Shown in pieces: positions 17,485 through 27,534 of a stretch of 64,000 bases of DNA. The translations under genes and the position numbers were made by a program. Numbering within the stretch: position 1 is the stretch's first letter; every line of letters starts with the position of its first letter. Source of the stretch: a virus (lineage: Duplodnaviria; Caudoviricetes); the IMG/VR virus record IMGVR_UViG_3300026549_000030, positions 1 to 64,000 of that record; one strand, written 5' to 3'. Under the pieces are notes generated by a model. It had not been told where the DNA came from, did no database searches, and saw only the letters and a list, made by a program, of their open reading frames with translations.

Positions 17485-18198
17485 TTATCTTGAAAGGAAT
17501 TTGCTATCGACCAACATCGATTTTGTCCTCAATTTTCTGAACGCGCCTTCAATAATCTGACGAACACGTTCTTTTGTTAATTTATATTTTTTTCCGATTT
17601 CGTCAAGAGTATTCTCATCATATCCGCACCTGCCGAAATACATATTTACCATGTCTGATTCCCTTTCGGAAAGCGTGCGTAGTATTTCTTCAATGAAGTC
17701 CAAGTCCTCTCGTTCGTCCTCGCAACGCTCTGTCTCTATGATAAATGAATCGTCGCGTGTCATTTTCTTATTCTCGACTGCAGTATCTTCGTCGTCGTCC
17801 AATATCGGGGTGTCCCTTTCCTCAGGTATTTCCGACTCTGGCATACGGTTCCTCTTCTCTATCGCAGCCTGCATTTTCTGCATAATCCACCACTTTGAGT
17901 AGCTGATTATCTTCACGTCATTGCTCATATCGAACTTGTCAATAGCCTCAATAAGCCCCATATTTGCCTCGGATATTAAATCAGAAAAGCTGACACCCCT
18001 ATTCCTATACGCCGACGCCATTTTACAGGCATAGCGAAGGTTAGCGTTTATCAGCTTATTCCTTGCGGATATGTCGTTTCCGATTTTATATTTCCATAAA
18101 AGCTCTCGCTCTTCTTTCTTTGATAGTGGCTTAAATTCTTTTAGTCCATCAAAATACGATTTAACTGTTTCGTCAATGTCAATCGGGTTGCATTTCAT
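17485..18198 (-). CDS. Second sigma-70 family sigma factor (short region 3, canonical region 4)
   Basis: ANLRYA..MA..Y, DLISEANMGLIEAIDKFD, SYSKWWI, TLDEIG...LTKERVRQI. Confidence 0.92.
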   Translation of the reverse strand: MKCNPIDIDETVKSYFDGLKEFKPLSKKEERELLWKYKIGNDISARNKLINANLRYACKMASAYRNRGVSFSDLISEANMGLIEAIDKFDMSNDVKIISYSKWWIMQKMQAAIEKRNRMPESEIPEERDTPILDDDEDTAVENKKMTRDDSFIIETERCEDEREDLDFIEEILRTLSERESDMVNMYFGRCGYDENTLDEIGKKYKLTKERVRQIIEGAFRKLRTKSMLVDSKFLSR

Positions 18199-18224
18199 TT
18201 TTACTTTAAAGGTTAAACATATAG

Positions 18225-19235
18225 TTATTTATATTTCCATATAAAACCGCCAAAAGTTTTTATTTTTCCATTACAACAATTTCTTATACTAGTGTTTTTA
18301 TTTAAATCGTTGAACACTTTTCTCGCGGCTTCATTTGGATTGTTAAATTCATTTATTACACTTCCCGTTTTATCGAGTTGTACAACTTTTCTAATGGAAT
18401 GAAATTCCGATGCCCGTTCAAACGGAACTGTGCTCTTTTTTCCAATTTTCGATTTACTAATTTTTTTTCTTCGTTCCTTTTCTATTTTTGCTTTATCAAG
18501 ATGCGAAAATGCTTCATCTGCCCATCCGTGTGACAAAATTTTGTTGTACAAATATCTGTTGTTGATTTCCACCTCTTTTCTACTATTAAACTTTTTTGCG
18601 TAAGATATGCATGCTTCTTTTGAATACTTGATATCGTCTTCGTTGTTTCCGCCTAGTGCGCCTGTCTTTGCTTTGTTTAACATGTGCCACCCCTCATTTT
18701 TATACTTTTCATAAAAAAATGTCTCTTTTTCTGACGCCTCTGTTCTATCAATGTACCCCGTTAGCATTATTGGTTCTGGAATATCAATCCCGTTTTCCAT
18801 TGAATATTTATACACTTGAGAATTCAATGAGCTTCTATGATTAATATCCCTCATTTTCAAATTGAAAGTAAGTCCAACATAGCAAACTTTATTAGGGAAC
18901 TCGTATGCATAAATGCAGCGCTTATATCTGCTTCCGCATTTTTCCATATGTGAAAATATTTCATCTTGGCACTTATGGTTTTTTGCCCAATGAAAGAAAA
19001 AACTCTGTTCCCTTTTGAAATCTAACAGCTTCGTATATCTTTTTGCAATTTTAATAACATCTTCTTTTGTATATTTACTTTTGCAATATTTGTTTTCCAT
19101 ATGAGCTGTCGCTTCTTTCATTATGCCGTTTTCTTTTGCAAAATCGAAATATTTTCTTTTCTTATTATGAAAATCTGTCTTATTTGTAAAAAGCTTCGCT
19201 ACCTCAATACATTCTTCTTTTGTTATCTTTTTCAT
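18225..19235 (-). CDS. Free-standing GIY-YIG homing endonuclease with a NUMOD1-like C-terminus
   Basis: CIYAYEF...YVGLT...R..H, E, LN motifs; C-terminal VVQLD..G..INEF....AA...SIRNCC.GK.KTFGGFIWKY; has its own TATTTAT (19255-19261). Confidence 0.85.
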   Translation of the reverse strand: MKKITKEECIEVAKLFTNKTDFHNKKRKYFDFAKENGIMKEATAHMENKYCKSKYTKEDVIKIAKRYTKLLDFKREQSFFFHWAKNHKCQDEIFSHMEKCGSRYKRCIYAYEFPNKVCYVGLTFNLKMRDINHRSSLNSQVYKYSMENGIDIPEPIMLTGYIDRTEASEKETFFYEKYKNEGWHMLNKAKTGALGGNNEDDIKYSKEACISYAKKFNSRKEVEINNRYLYNKILSHGWADEAFSHLDKAKIEKERRKKISKSKIGKKSTVPFERASEFHSIRKVVQLDKTGSVINEFNNPNEAARKVFNDLNKNTSIRNCCNGKIKTFGGFIWKYK

Positions 19236-19263
19236 TTTATTCTACAATTTACTCATAAATACT

Positions 19264-21651
19264 TTAAGATTGGTAAATTGTACTAACATGATTCTCTTTT
19301 TTTATTGTTATATGTGTTGTATGCCAGTCGGAAATGGCTTTTAAATGTGAAATTTGTAAAATAAAAGAATAATCTTCTGATATTCTATCATAAAGGAGCT
19401 TCATTTTATCATAATTTTCATCAGATACGCCACCGAGAATTTCGTCGAACACAACAAATGAAGGCTTGCTAAACGAAGAAATCTTACTCAGCACGCTTCT
19501 AAGTGCAAGGCTTGCAGCTGTCTGCTCAAATCCTGAGCCGGAGCCGAGGCTACCCTTAACTCCGTCGGAAATAATGTTGAATGCAACGTCGTTATGATCG
19601 TCAATATCAACCTCGACAGTGAAGTCACACACGCCGTTAAGAAGGTGTTTGAGTTCGCCATTGATAAGCGGAAGCGCGTCCCTGAGAACCATCTTCGAAA
19701 TGCCATTCTTTCCAATCATTTCAAGATAAATCTTCCAATTTCGCACAAGTTTTTCTTCCTTGTCGAGAATTTCCAAAATTTTCTCAGCGTCGGAAATAGC
19801 CTTATCGTTTGCCTTCTTATCGGAGACGCACTCTGAAATTTTGTCGTTAAGTTCGGAAAGATACTGCTCCTCAACCTTGATATTCTCACGAACAATATTG
19901 AGACTCGTGTCGATTTCGTTATTCTTCCTGATAGCTTCCTCATTCGCCTTGATATCCTTAAGGAGGCGGGTATTCTCGCGGTGACGAGCAAGAAGATTCT
20001 CGATATCTACGTCAATCTTGTCAACAAGAAGTTCGAGGCGAACCTTTTCATTATATGAAGTCCTCTGCTTTTCAAGTTCCTCTACTTCCTTGGTAAGCGC
20101 ATTCAACTTTGTTCTAAGCTTCTTTCCGCTTTCCTGAAGTTCCTTCAATTCCTTCTCCTTCTCGGCGATTGCCTTACTGTTATCAACGCCCTTCAACTTT
20201 GCGCCGCAGGTAGGGCAGAATTCGCCACTCTTAAGTGCTTCAACTTCCTTGCCAATACGCGAATATGCGTTAAGGGCATTGTTAAGTTCTACCGTAAGTT
20301 TCTTATCCTCGGCAACTTTGTTCTTATAATCCTGCTCGTTGAACTCCTTAACGTCTTTCAGCTCCTTGAGTTTCGCCTCGTTCTCTTCCTTTTCCTTGCG
20401 CTTCTTCTGCCCGGCAAGCTTAATCTGCTCCAAGGTATTGTTAATGGTTTCAACGTCGGCATTGAGGAGCTTATCGTCAATTTGCTGCTTGGACTCAAGT
20501 AATGTATCGCGATTCTTCTTATATCCTTCCAACTTAGTCTCAGAAACCTTCTTCAAATTTTCATTCTCAGCCTTTGACTTTTCGATTTCCTTGTTGCTCT
20601 CTGTGCACTCCTCGATAAGTTGCTTTGTACCCTCCTTTGAATACTTATTCATATAAAGAGTTGGCTGTACAGTCTTGTTGAACGTATCGCGGGCAATCTT
20701 ATCCATATCTTCAAGTGGAAGAAGCCCAATCCAACGGGTAATAAGTCTACCCCTATCAGTATCCTTCAATGAGATAAGCCCCTTCAAATTTGAGTCATTT
20801 ACACAAATCATTAAGTCAAAATCTCTCTCGTTACCGATAGCTTCCTTGATAAGTTTGTTGGTATTCGTTGCGGTTGTTCCTGCCTCGTTCTCAATATCCT
20901 CGTCCTCGAGTTCGGTGTATCCGCCACCGTCAACACGGTAATACTGAATCTTCTGAGACACCTTGCTCTTCTCCGTTCTCTTAGCGGGACGGGTAATGGT
21001 TCTCTTAATAACATAATCAATGCCGTCAATGCAGATACAGCCTTCTACGTTTGCCTCCGTAGCCTCAGGAAGAAAGCGGTTGAACACCTTGGCGATAGTC
21101 CAATCCGTTTCACGTGAAGTCACCTTTCCAAACAACAGGAAGCGAAGCAAGTCAAGGCAGAATGTTGTCTTACCTCCCTGATTAGCCGGCTCTGACGAAA
21201 GAAGGACAAGCCCCTTGAGTCCCGTGAAGTCAAAATAATTTCCGGAGCCGTAGGACATAAAATTATCCCACTTAATCCACTTCACGGTATATCTCTTATG
21301 CTTCTCGTAAGATTCAAAATTGATATTCGCTGAAATTTGATCATTAATCTCGATAATCTTATCGAAATCATAATCTTGGACGTTGCGGACAACAAGATAC
21401 TTCTTGAACAGTCCCTGCAAGAACGCAGGATCCTGAATATTGTTGGCTACTTCCATTCCGTACCCCAAATCGCTGTCCTCACCGCTTTGATTGATGAAGA
21501 TAGGTTCAATTGAGATGTTTTTCTTCGGAATTCCGTACTTCTTGGCGAATTTGGCAATAATATCCTCTTCCGTCTCGTCTGTTCTGTCAATAGGCAGGAC
21601 GCGCCACTTAATATTCACCTTGGCGTCCTTTCCAATGGTTACTTTTCCCAT
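19264..21651 (-). CDS. sbcC: SbcC/Rad50/gp46-like recombination ATPase with an N-terminal extension
   Basis: NFMSYG, Walker A NQGGKTT, coiled coil with CPTCG zinc hook, SGFE signature, Walker B FVVFDE, ISH. Confidence 0.92.
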   Translation of the reverse strand: MGKVTIGKDAKVNIKWRVLPIDRTDETEEDIIAKFAKKYGIPKKNISIEPIFINQSGEDSDLGYGMEVANNIQDPAFLQGLFKKYLVVRNVQDYDFDKIIEINDQISANINFESYEKHKRYTVKWIKWDNFMSYGSGNYFDFTGLKGLVLLSSEPANQGGKTTFCLDLLRFLLFGKVTSRETDWTIAKVFNRFLPEATEANVEGCICIDGIDYVIKRTITRPAKRTEKSKVSQKIQYYRVDGGGYTELEDEDIENEAGTTATNTNKLIKEAIGNERDFDLMICVNDSNLKGLISLKDTDRGRLITRWIGLLPLEDMDKIARDTFNKTVQPTLYMNKYSKEGTKQLIEECTESNKEIEKSKAENENLKKVSETKLEGYKKNRDTLLESKQQIDDKLLNADVETINNTLEQIKLAGQKKRKEKEENEAKLKELKDVKEFNEQDYKNKVAEDKKLTVELNNALNAYSRIGKEVEALKSGEFCPTCGAKLKGVDNSKAIAEKEKELKELQESGKKLRTKLNALTKEVEELEKQRTSYNEKVRLELLVDKIDVDIENLLARHRENTRLLKDIKANEEAIRKNNEIDTSLNIVRENIKVEEQYLSELNDKISECVSDKKANDKAISDAEKILEILDKEEKLVRNWKIYLEMIGKNGISKMVLRDALPLINGELKHLLNGVCDFTVEVDIDDHNDVAFNIISDGVKGSLGSGSGFEQTAASLALRSVLSKISSFSKPSFVVFDEILGGVSDENYDKMKLLYDRISEDYSFILQISHLKAISDWHTTHITIKKENHVSTIYQS

Positions 21652-22085
21652 TATAGCTTTCTTTTTTTGATTGTTTTCGGTTTATCCTCTGTTTTTGTTG
21701 GCTGAACCACCTCTATTGGCTGATTTTCCTCATTATACGCTGTTTTTGGCTCAATAGTTTCAGTTTTGTCGCGAAAATCGCCGTTTTGAGCACTTTTTTG
21801 GGGCTTCGCGACACTTTTGTCGCGTTCTTGGCGCGATTCTGTCTCGTTTTCATCTTCCACGATGACGATATCGGGACGATTCTCTGCCTTTGGTGGTTCA
21901 GGCTCGCTCATCGGCTTGTTTTCAACGATTTCCCTTGCGGGTTGCTGAAAAAATGGAGGCGCCTTGCCGTATTTTTCCTCCATAAAGGCCTTTTTGAGTA
22001 AGGAATTAGTAAAATCTCTCGGTTTCAACCCGTTCAATTCGCAATATTCCTTAATCTCTTCGTATAATTTTTTATCAACCTCCAT
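21651..22085 (-). CDS. Small protein with a ribbon-helix-helix-like N-terminus and disordered tail
   Basis: MEVDKKLYEEIKEYC..NG...TNSLLKKAF; TAATG coupling to sbcC; TATATTTG at 22104-22111. Confidence 0.6.
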   Translation of the reverse strand: MEVDKKLYEEIKEYCELNGLKPRDFTNSLLKKAFMEEKYGKAPPFFQQPAREIVENKPMSEPEPPKAENRPDIVIVEDENETESRQERDKSVAKPQKSAQNGDFRDKTETIEPKTAYNEENQPIEVVQPTKTEDKPKTIKKRKL

Positions 22086-22170
22086 TATGCCAACTATTTT
22101 TGGCAAATATACATTTTTTTATTGATTTTTCCTATTTTGTGGGTAATTTTTAAATAAAAAGAGACTTTTT

Positions 22171-23019
22171 ATGGCTGATGAAGTGAAGAAATATCCGAGT
22201 TTGATACTGGGGCTTGATATAAGCACCGCATGCATCGGTATTTCTGTTATTTACGATGATGGAGTCAACGAGCCCAACGTTGAAATTATTTCCCATGTCT
22301 CCCCGAAGATTGACAAGAATATCAAGGGGATTGAGGCATTGATTCTAAGGAAGGATATCTTCGAGAAAAATTTCCTTCTTAGAATGGACGAAGTTCTTGC
22401 GAATATCAACTGTCCACTCAAAAAAATTACCGAATGTATTATCGAAGCACCATTGGTGTACACATCAGCCGGTTCCAACGCACAAACCGTTTCCCAACTC
22501 AATCAGTTCAATGCACTTCTTTCCGAGGGAGTGTATAAGGTTCTCGGTATTGTCCCACACTATATCTCGAGTTATGATGCCCGTATGGTTTCATTCCCTG
22601 AGCTACTGTCAGTAAGAAAATTCAACAAAAAGGGAGAATTCTATCCGGCGAAGCACGTGGTCAACGCCTTGGAGAATAATCACCTTATTCTTTTCGGCTC
22701 ATATCCATTCGATTGCGACAAGAAGGGAATTATGATGAACTGTGTATGCGAGAAATACCCGAATATTCCTTGGCTATACAATAAGAAGGGAGAATTGAAG
22801 AAGGAAAACTATGACTCTTGTGACGCCCTAATCTGTGCTCTCGCCTACTCAAATCAGAAACGTAACGGTGAACTCGACGCTAAGGTGACGAAGTACGGCG
22901 TGGTGCCGTCAGAGGATGGTTCAGCAACGGAAATTTCGTACACGGTAAGTGTCTGGAACAGAACTTATAACAAAAAACTTATCATACCCAATCCTTCTGA
23001 AGATACAACAGAAGAGTAG
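22171..23019 (+). CDS. RuvC-like Holliday junction resolvase
   Basis: ILGLDISTACIG, IIEAPL, YDSCDALICA (RNase H-fold D-E-D-D). Confidence 0.8.
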   Translation: MADEVKKYPSLILGLDISTACIGISVIYDDGVNEPNVEIISHVSPKIDKNIKGIEALILRKDIFEKNFLLRMDEVLANINCPLKKITECIIEAPLVYTSAGSNAQTVSQLNQFNALLSEGVYKVLGIVPHYISSYDARMVSFPELLSVRKFNKKGEFYPAKHVVNALENNHLILFGSYPFDCDKKGIMMNCVCEKYPNIPWLYNKKGELKKENYDSCDALICALAYSNQKRNGELDAKVTKYGVVPSEDGSATEISYTVSVWNRTYNKKLIIPNPSEDTTEE

Positions 23020-23053
23020 TCCACAAAATTTTAATCCATAGTATTGCTTGTTT

Positions 23054-23080
23054 GCCCGCATTTTGCGGGCTTTCTTTTTT
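23054..23080 (+). terminator. Intrinsic terminator
   Basis: gcccgca-ttt-tgcgggc followed by tttcttttttt. Confidence 0.8.
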
Positions 23081-23141
23081 ATTGATATGCAACATTTCGC
23101 ACTCAAAATCTATTTATATTAAAATAAAAACAAGAAATACT

Positions 23142-26027
23142 ATGAGTGATTTTTCAGATATCGTAAAATTTGCGGCTGAAAGAGGTATATTGCTCGATTC
23201 TTGCGGCGAAGCTGAAAGACAATATTGGTGGGGGCTCTACAATGACCTTTGCGGAATGTCTGTCGAGGACGCATTAAAGGTTCAATATTACCACGATAAC
23301 GGTGGAGACGAACCAGCGCAGAAGAAGAACACTATCAACTTTGTCATGAAAAAGGGCACGGACGAGGAGTACACGCTATCCCTCGTTCCTTCATTCGCAC
23401 CAGAGGCTCCTGTTATCGTATCCTTCACAATGGACGGTGTTTCCAACACAGTAACCATTCCTGCGGGTAGCACAACATACGATACGGGCATTAAGAGTGC
23501 AGAGAACCCTACGAAGCCATACGCAGAAATATCAAGCATTTCAATTCAAGCCGACGATCCTACTTACAAATACGAATCAAAGAATTCTGTTGCAACGGGT
23601 TTCTTCAAGCTCACTATTGACAAGGACGGCGATGTTATGGTTGATGACGTCAAGTACGGAACTATCGTTTCACTTCCTACCGTTCCTGAGGTTGAAGGAC
23701 ACGACTTCACTTGGACTGACTCCAAGGGAGAGGTTATAACAGGTTCAACAATAGAAATGCCTGAGGCTGACTATTCAGTCAATGGCGCATATACCGTTAA
23801 TGAATATCAGCTTTCATTCAACGTTGTTGAGGAATATCTTGACAACGGAAGCATTGCGACAAGGGTATATACTGCAGGAACTGTCACGATTAACTACGGC
23901 GAGAAGGTTATCAACTACGTGAAATCATACGTTCCTTCAAGAATCGGAATGACAATAACCGGCTGGGAATTGGAAGACGGTACGGATATCGACGCCAACT
24001 ACACAATGCCCGCTCAGGACATTACTGTCAAGAACAGGTACGAGCTCAACACATACGAACTTAAATATCTTGTTGACGGAACCGTGTTCTATCAGGATAC
24101 CCTATACTACGGAGAGGAAATCGTTCCTGTTGAAAATCCTTCTAAGGTTGGATACACGTTCAACGGTTGGGACAAGGAAATTCCCGCAACAATGCCTGCT
24201 GAGAACATTACGGCTAACGCAAAATTCACGGCTATAAACTATTATATATATTATAAGGTTGATGGCGAGACTATCTACTCTGAAGTTCACCACTACGGAG
24301 ACGCTATTACAATCCGCCCTGATGAAACGAAGACAGGCTACACGTTCGCTTGGAGCCCTTCTACGCTTCCTGCAACAATGCCTGCTGAGGATATCAATGT
24401 CGTTGGTGCGTTCACGGCTATCGACTACACCTTCAAATGTGTTGTTGACGGCGAGACTGTCGTTGAGAAAATTTACAATTACGGAGACGCAATCGAGGCT
24501 GTCGATGAACCTTCAAAGACGGGATACACATTCGACGGATGGAATCCTTCAATTCCTGCAACAATGCCAGCGGCTGACGTCACGTGCGTTGCTCAGTTCA
24601 CGGCTATCGACTACACAATCACCTATACTGTTGACGGCGTAGTTGTTCCTGAATACACTGAGACACATAACTACGGAGACGCAATTTCAATTCGCGAAAA
24701 CGAGGAACGCGAGGGATATACATTCAGCGGTTGGAACCCTTCTGAGCTTCCTGCAATAATGCCTGCCGAAAATATCACAGTCGCAGGCACATTCGCGGTT
24801 AACCAATACACATTGGAGTACTATGTTGACGGTTCTCTCTACTCAGCCGAAACATATGACTTCGGCGAGTCTATCGTTGTAATCGACGAGCCTTCACGCG
24901 AGGGCTATACATTCAGCGGTTGGGGCGAGGTTCCTGCAACAATGCCCGCACACGATGTAAAAATCGAAGGTGAGTTCACAATCAATAGCTACGTTATTTC
25001 CTATGTTCTTGACGGTGAGCCTTACTCAGCGGAAACATACGAATACAACGAGGTTGTCGTTCCTGTTGCTGAGCCTTCAAAGGTGGGCTACACGTTCGGT
25101 GGATGGAGCGAGATTCCTGCAAGAATGCCTGCTCACGATGTGACAGTAACGGGTGAGTTTACAGTAAATTCACATACTATTACTTATATTGTTGACAACG
25201 AGGTTTACACCGCACAGACTTACAACTACGGTGAGACAATCGTTCCTGTCGAGGCTCCTTCGGTTGTCGGCTATCACTTCACAGAGTGGAGCGGAATTAC
25301 TGCTACAATGCCTGACGAAGACTTGGAGGTTATTGCTGTTTACGACATTAACGTATGGACGGCAACATACCGTATCAAGAGCGGAGAAACATATTCAACG
25401 TATACTGCCGTAACTTATGAATATGGCGAGACAATCGTTGATCCAACTCCACAGGAGATTCCTGGCTATACATTTGCTTGGGAAGAGCACGTTGCGACAA
25501 TGCCTGACAACGACACACTTATTACTGGTGAGTACACCGAGATTGTTGAGTCAACAATGGTTTATCATAACATACTCCAATACGACATTACGAGCGCAAT
25601 AACTGCTGAAATCATGTCAGCCTCCACCTCCTATGACGGAAACGAAGAGCATGAAAAGATTGTCAATCCGAAAATTCACGCAGACGCTCAGTGCGTAGAG
25701 TGGGCGGCACTAAGAGACGCTGAGCTTGACGCCTACGATGATGACGGTGAAGAATATCATGTTGAGAAAGCTGATGAATATCAGGGATATATTGACGACT
25801 ATGCAGCTTCTCCTGAATCAAGGTACGGATTTGTGTTTGCAATACCAAGCACACTTACCCTTACGCACCTTCTCGGTTCAATCGGTGAAGAGAAAACGGT
25901 TGAAACACTCAACACCATAACAATAGACGGAACAGATTACACCGTTTATAGATATGCGCCTGACAACAACGCATTCCACCAATGCGCCATTGAACTTGAG
26001 CATAAGTTTACAATAATTGTAGAATAA
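23142..26027 (+). CDS. InlB B-repeat / Listeria-Bacteroides repeat (Flg_new-like) virion adhesin
   Basis: Ten units of Y.VDG...Y.YG..I...P.K.GYTF.GW...MPA.D. Start moved to the ATG at 23142, after TATTTATA (23111-23118). Confidence 0.85.
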   Translation: MSDFSDIVKFAAERGILLDSCGEAERQYWWGLYNDLCGMSVEDALKVQYYHDNGGDEPAQKKNTINFVMKKGTDEEYTLSLVPSFAPEAPVIVSFTMDGVSNTVTIPAGSTTYDTGIKSAENPTKPYAEISSISIQADDPTYKYESKNSVATGFFKLTIDKDGDVMVDDVKYGTIVSLPTVPEVEGHDFTWTDSKGEVITGSTIEMPEADYSVNGAYTVNEYQLSFNVVEEYLDNGSIATRVYTAGTVTINYGEKVINYVKSYVPSRIGMTITGWELEDGTDIDANYTMPAQDITVKNRYELNTYELKYLVDGTVFYQDTLYYGEEIVPVENPSKVGYTFNGWDKEIPATMPAENITANAKFTAINYYIYYKVDGETIYSEVHHYGDAITIRPDETKTGYTFAWSPSTLPATMPAEDINVVGAFTAIDYTFKCVVDGETVVEKIYNYGDAIEAVDEPSKTGYTFDGWNPSIPATMPAADVTCVAQFTAIDYTITYTVDGVVVPEYTETHNYGDAISIRENEEREGYTFSGWNPSELPAIMPAENITVAGTFAVNQYTLEYYVDGSLYSAETYDFGESIVVIDEPSREGYTFSGWGEVPATMPAHDVKIEGEFTINSYVISYVLDGEPYSAETYEYNEVVVPVAEPSKVGYTFGGWSEIPARMPAHDVTVTGEFTVNSHTITYIVDNEVYTAQTYNYGETIVPVEAPSVVGYHFTEWSGITATMPDEDLEVIAVYDINVWTATYRIKSGETYSTYTAVTYEYGETIVDPTPQEIPGYTFAWEEHVATMPDNDTLITGEYTEIVESTMVYHNILQYDITSAITAEIMSASTSYDGNEEHEKIVNPKIHADAQCVEWAALRDAELDAYDDDGEEYHVEKADEYQGYIDDYAASPESRYGFVFAIPSTLTLTHLLGSIGEEKTVETLNTITIDGTDYTVYRYAPDNNAFHQCAIELEHKFTIIVE

Positions 26028-26041
26028 AATACTAAGATATA

Positions 26042-26485
26042 ATGGCAACAATATTATCAGAACGTGTTTTTTACAATGGTGCCTATTCTGATGTTTCAAT
26101 GGGCCCAGTGGAGAGCGTTGAGGCTCTTACAGGTTTAACTAATTTATTCCAAGGGCTCACTGTGACGGTTTTAGCACCTGTTCCTATGGAACTGTGGCTC
26201 CGTGATGGAAAGACAAGGGCATATTGGAGGATTAAGAGGTTCAAACCTTTCGCAACATTCGAAGACTTGCAGACTAAGACTTCGGCTATCGTCGGGCAAA
26301 TGCATGGGCTTTTCGAAAAGGGTGTAGAGGCAACCGTTCTTGCTGACGAGACAAACGACGGCAAGTATACGAAATACTACGTTGACAGCAAGGCAAAGGT
26401 TGGCGGCGTATGGACACTCACTTGGAAGAAGGTTTCTTCTGACGGAGCAATCACAGTTGATGGCGACGACTTACCAAACGAATAA
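26042..26485 (+). CDS. Hypothetical structural protein
   Basis: Late operon; ends ITVDGDD like the next gene (ITVEGDD). Confidence 0.65.
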   Translation: MATILSERVFYNGAYSDVSMGPVESVEALTGLTNLFQGLTVTVLAPVPMELWLRDGKTRAYWRIKRFKPFATFEDLQTKTSAIVGQMHGLFEKGVEATVLADETNDGKYTKYYVDSKAKVGGVWTLTWKKVSSDGAITVDGDDLPNE

Positions 26486-26509
26486 ATTACAAAACAAAGA
26501 TTATAATCT

Positions 26510-27448
26510 ATGAAAACATTAAAAGGCTTTAAACAAGTAAGGTTCGAAACCTACCAAGCTGCGGTTTCTGCAGGAACCGCTAACGATTACCTATGGCTCG
26601 TCAGGGAATTCAGTGGTGAAACACCTATTTCCGCGGCTATCTACTATGGCGACCGCAAGTATGCCGAACTTAACACAGAAAGTCAGGATCAGAAGGTTCT
26701 CAATATTATCGCCGCTCTCGGTGATATGATTGACGAAAACGGTGAATGGGCTGGCTTCCTACCAACTCACGTTATTCTTGGCGACGAATCCGTTGATTCT
26801 GTAACCGCTGCTCTTGAAGCTCTTGAGAGTGCAATCCTTGACAACACAGCATTAATCTCAGGTAAGGTTGATATCGACGACTACGAGGCTGCTATGGCTG
26901 CCGTTGAGAGTGCTATCACCGCTAATGAGGGCGCTATTGCGGCTCTTGCTGAGGAACTCAACCTCAAGGCTGATAAAGATAACGTTTACACTAAGGAAGA
27001 AATCGACGCTAAAATTGCAGGCGCATTCCACTTCAAGGGCGTTGCATCAGGTATCAGCGACGACCTCACGACAATCTATGGCGAAGATGCTGGCGACGGT
27101 ATCGTGGCTTCTGAGGAAAACCTTGGTGACGTCTACCAGATTGGCGACAAGGAATATGCTTCAAACGGAAGCGTTTGGGTTGAACTTGGTTTCAATTTTG
27201 ACTTAACCCCAATCCTTAATAAGATTGCTGAACTCGAAGCTGCTCTCGAACAGGAGCGCAACGAGCGCGAGGCTCTTGCTGAGGATTTGGCTGACCTTTC
27301 AGAGAAAGTTGACGAACTTGATGACGTTGTAAGTCAGGAGATTGAAAAGGTTGCTGCACTCGAGCAGAAGGTTGGAAATACCGAACTTGGTGATTCTATT
27401 ACCAACATTCTCTACGGCTTAATCACGGTAGAAGGTGACGATTTTTAA
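26510..27448 (+). CDS. Coiled-coil fibre-like structural protein
   Basis: N-terminus resembles the collagen protein; KAD..NVYTKEEID..IAGAFHFKG fibre motif; coiled coils. Confidence 0.7.
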   Translation: MKTLKGFKQVRFETYQAAVSAGTANDYLWLVREFSGETPISAAIYYGDRKYAELNTESQDQKVLNIIAALGDMIDENGEWAGFLPTHVILGDESVDSVTAALEALESAILDNTALISGKVDIDDYEAAMAAVESAITANEGAIAALAEELNLKADKDNVYTKEEIDAKIAGAFHFKGVASGISDDLTTIYGEDAGDGIVASEENLGDVYQIGDKEYASNGSVWVELGFNFDLTPILNKIAELEAALEQERNEREALAEDLADLSEKVDELDDVVSQEIEKVAALEQKVGNTELGDSITNILYGLITVEGDDF

Positions 27449-27475
27449 TTGAATTAAAATCATAATTTTTAAATT

Positions 27476-27520
27476 AATCGGGACAATATTTGGTTGCCCC
27501 GATTTTTTTGTGTATATTTG
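27476..27520 (+). promoter_or_regulatory. Terminator followed by a Bacteroidota-type promoter box (TATATTTG, 27513-27520)
   Basis: aatcgggacaa...ttgccccgatttttt hairpin, then TATATTTG 14 bp before the primase ATG. Confidence 0.7.
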
Positions 27521-27534
27521 CACGGTAATAGATT

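Noticed and set aside
18225-19235. Group I intron around the GIY-YIG gene (also considered for 62401..63534)
   Set aside because: The flanking genes are complete and there is no intergenic room for a ribozyme; each endonuclease has its own promoter motif.
23052-23141. N-terminal 30 codons of the 991-aa ORF
   Set aside because: They overlap a terminator and the promoter motif; the ATG at 23142 is the better start.
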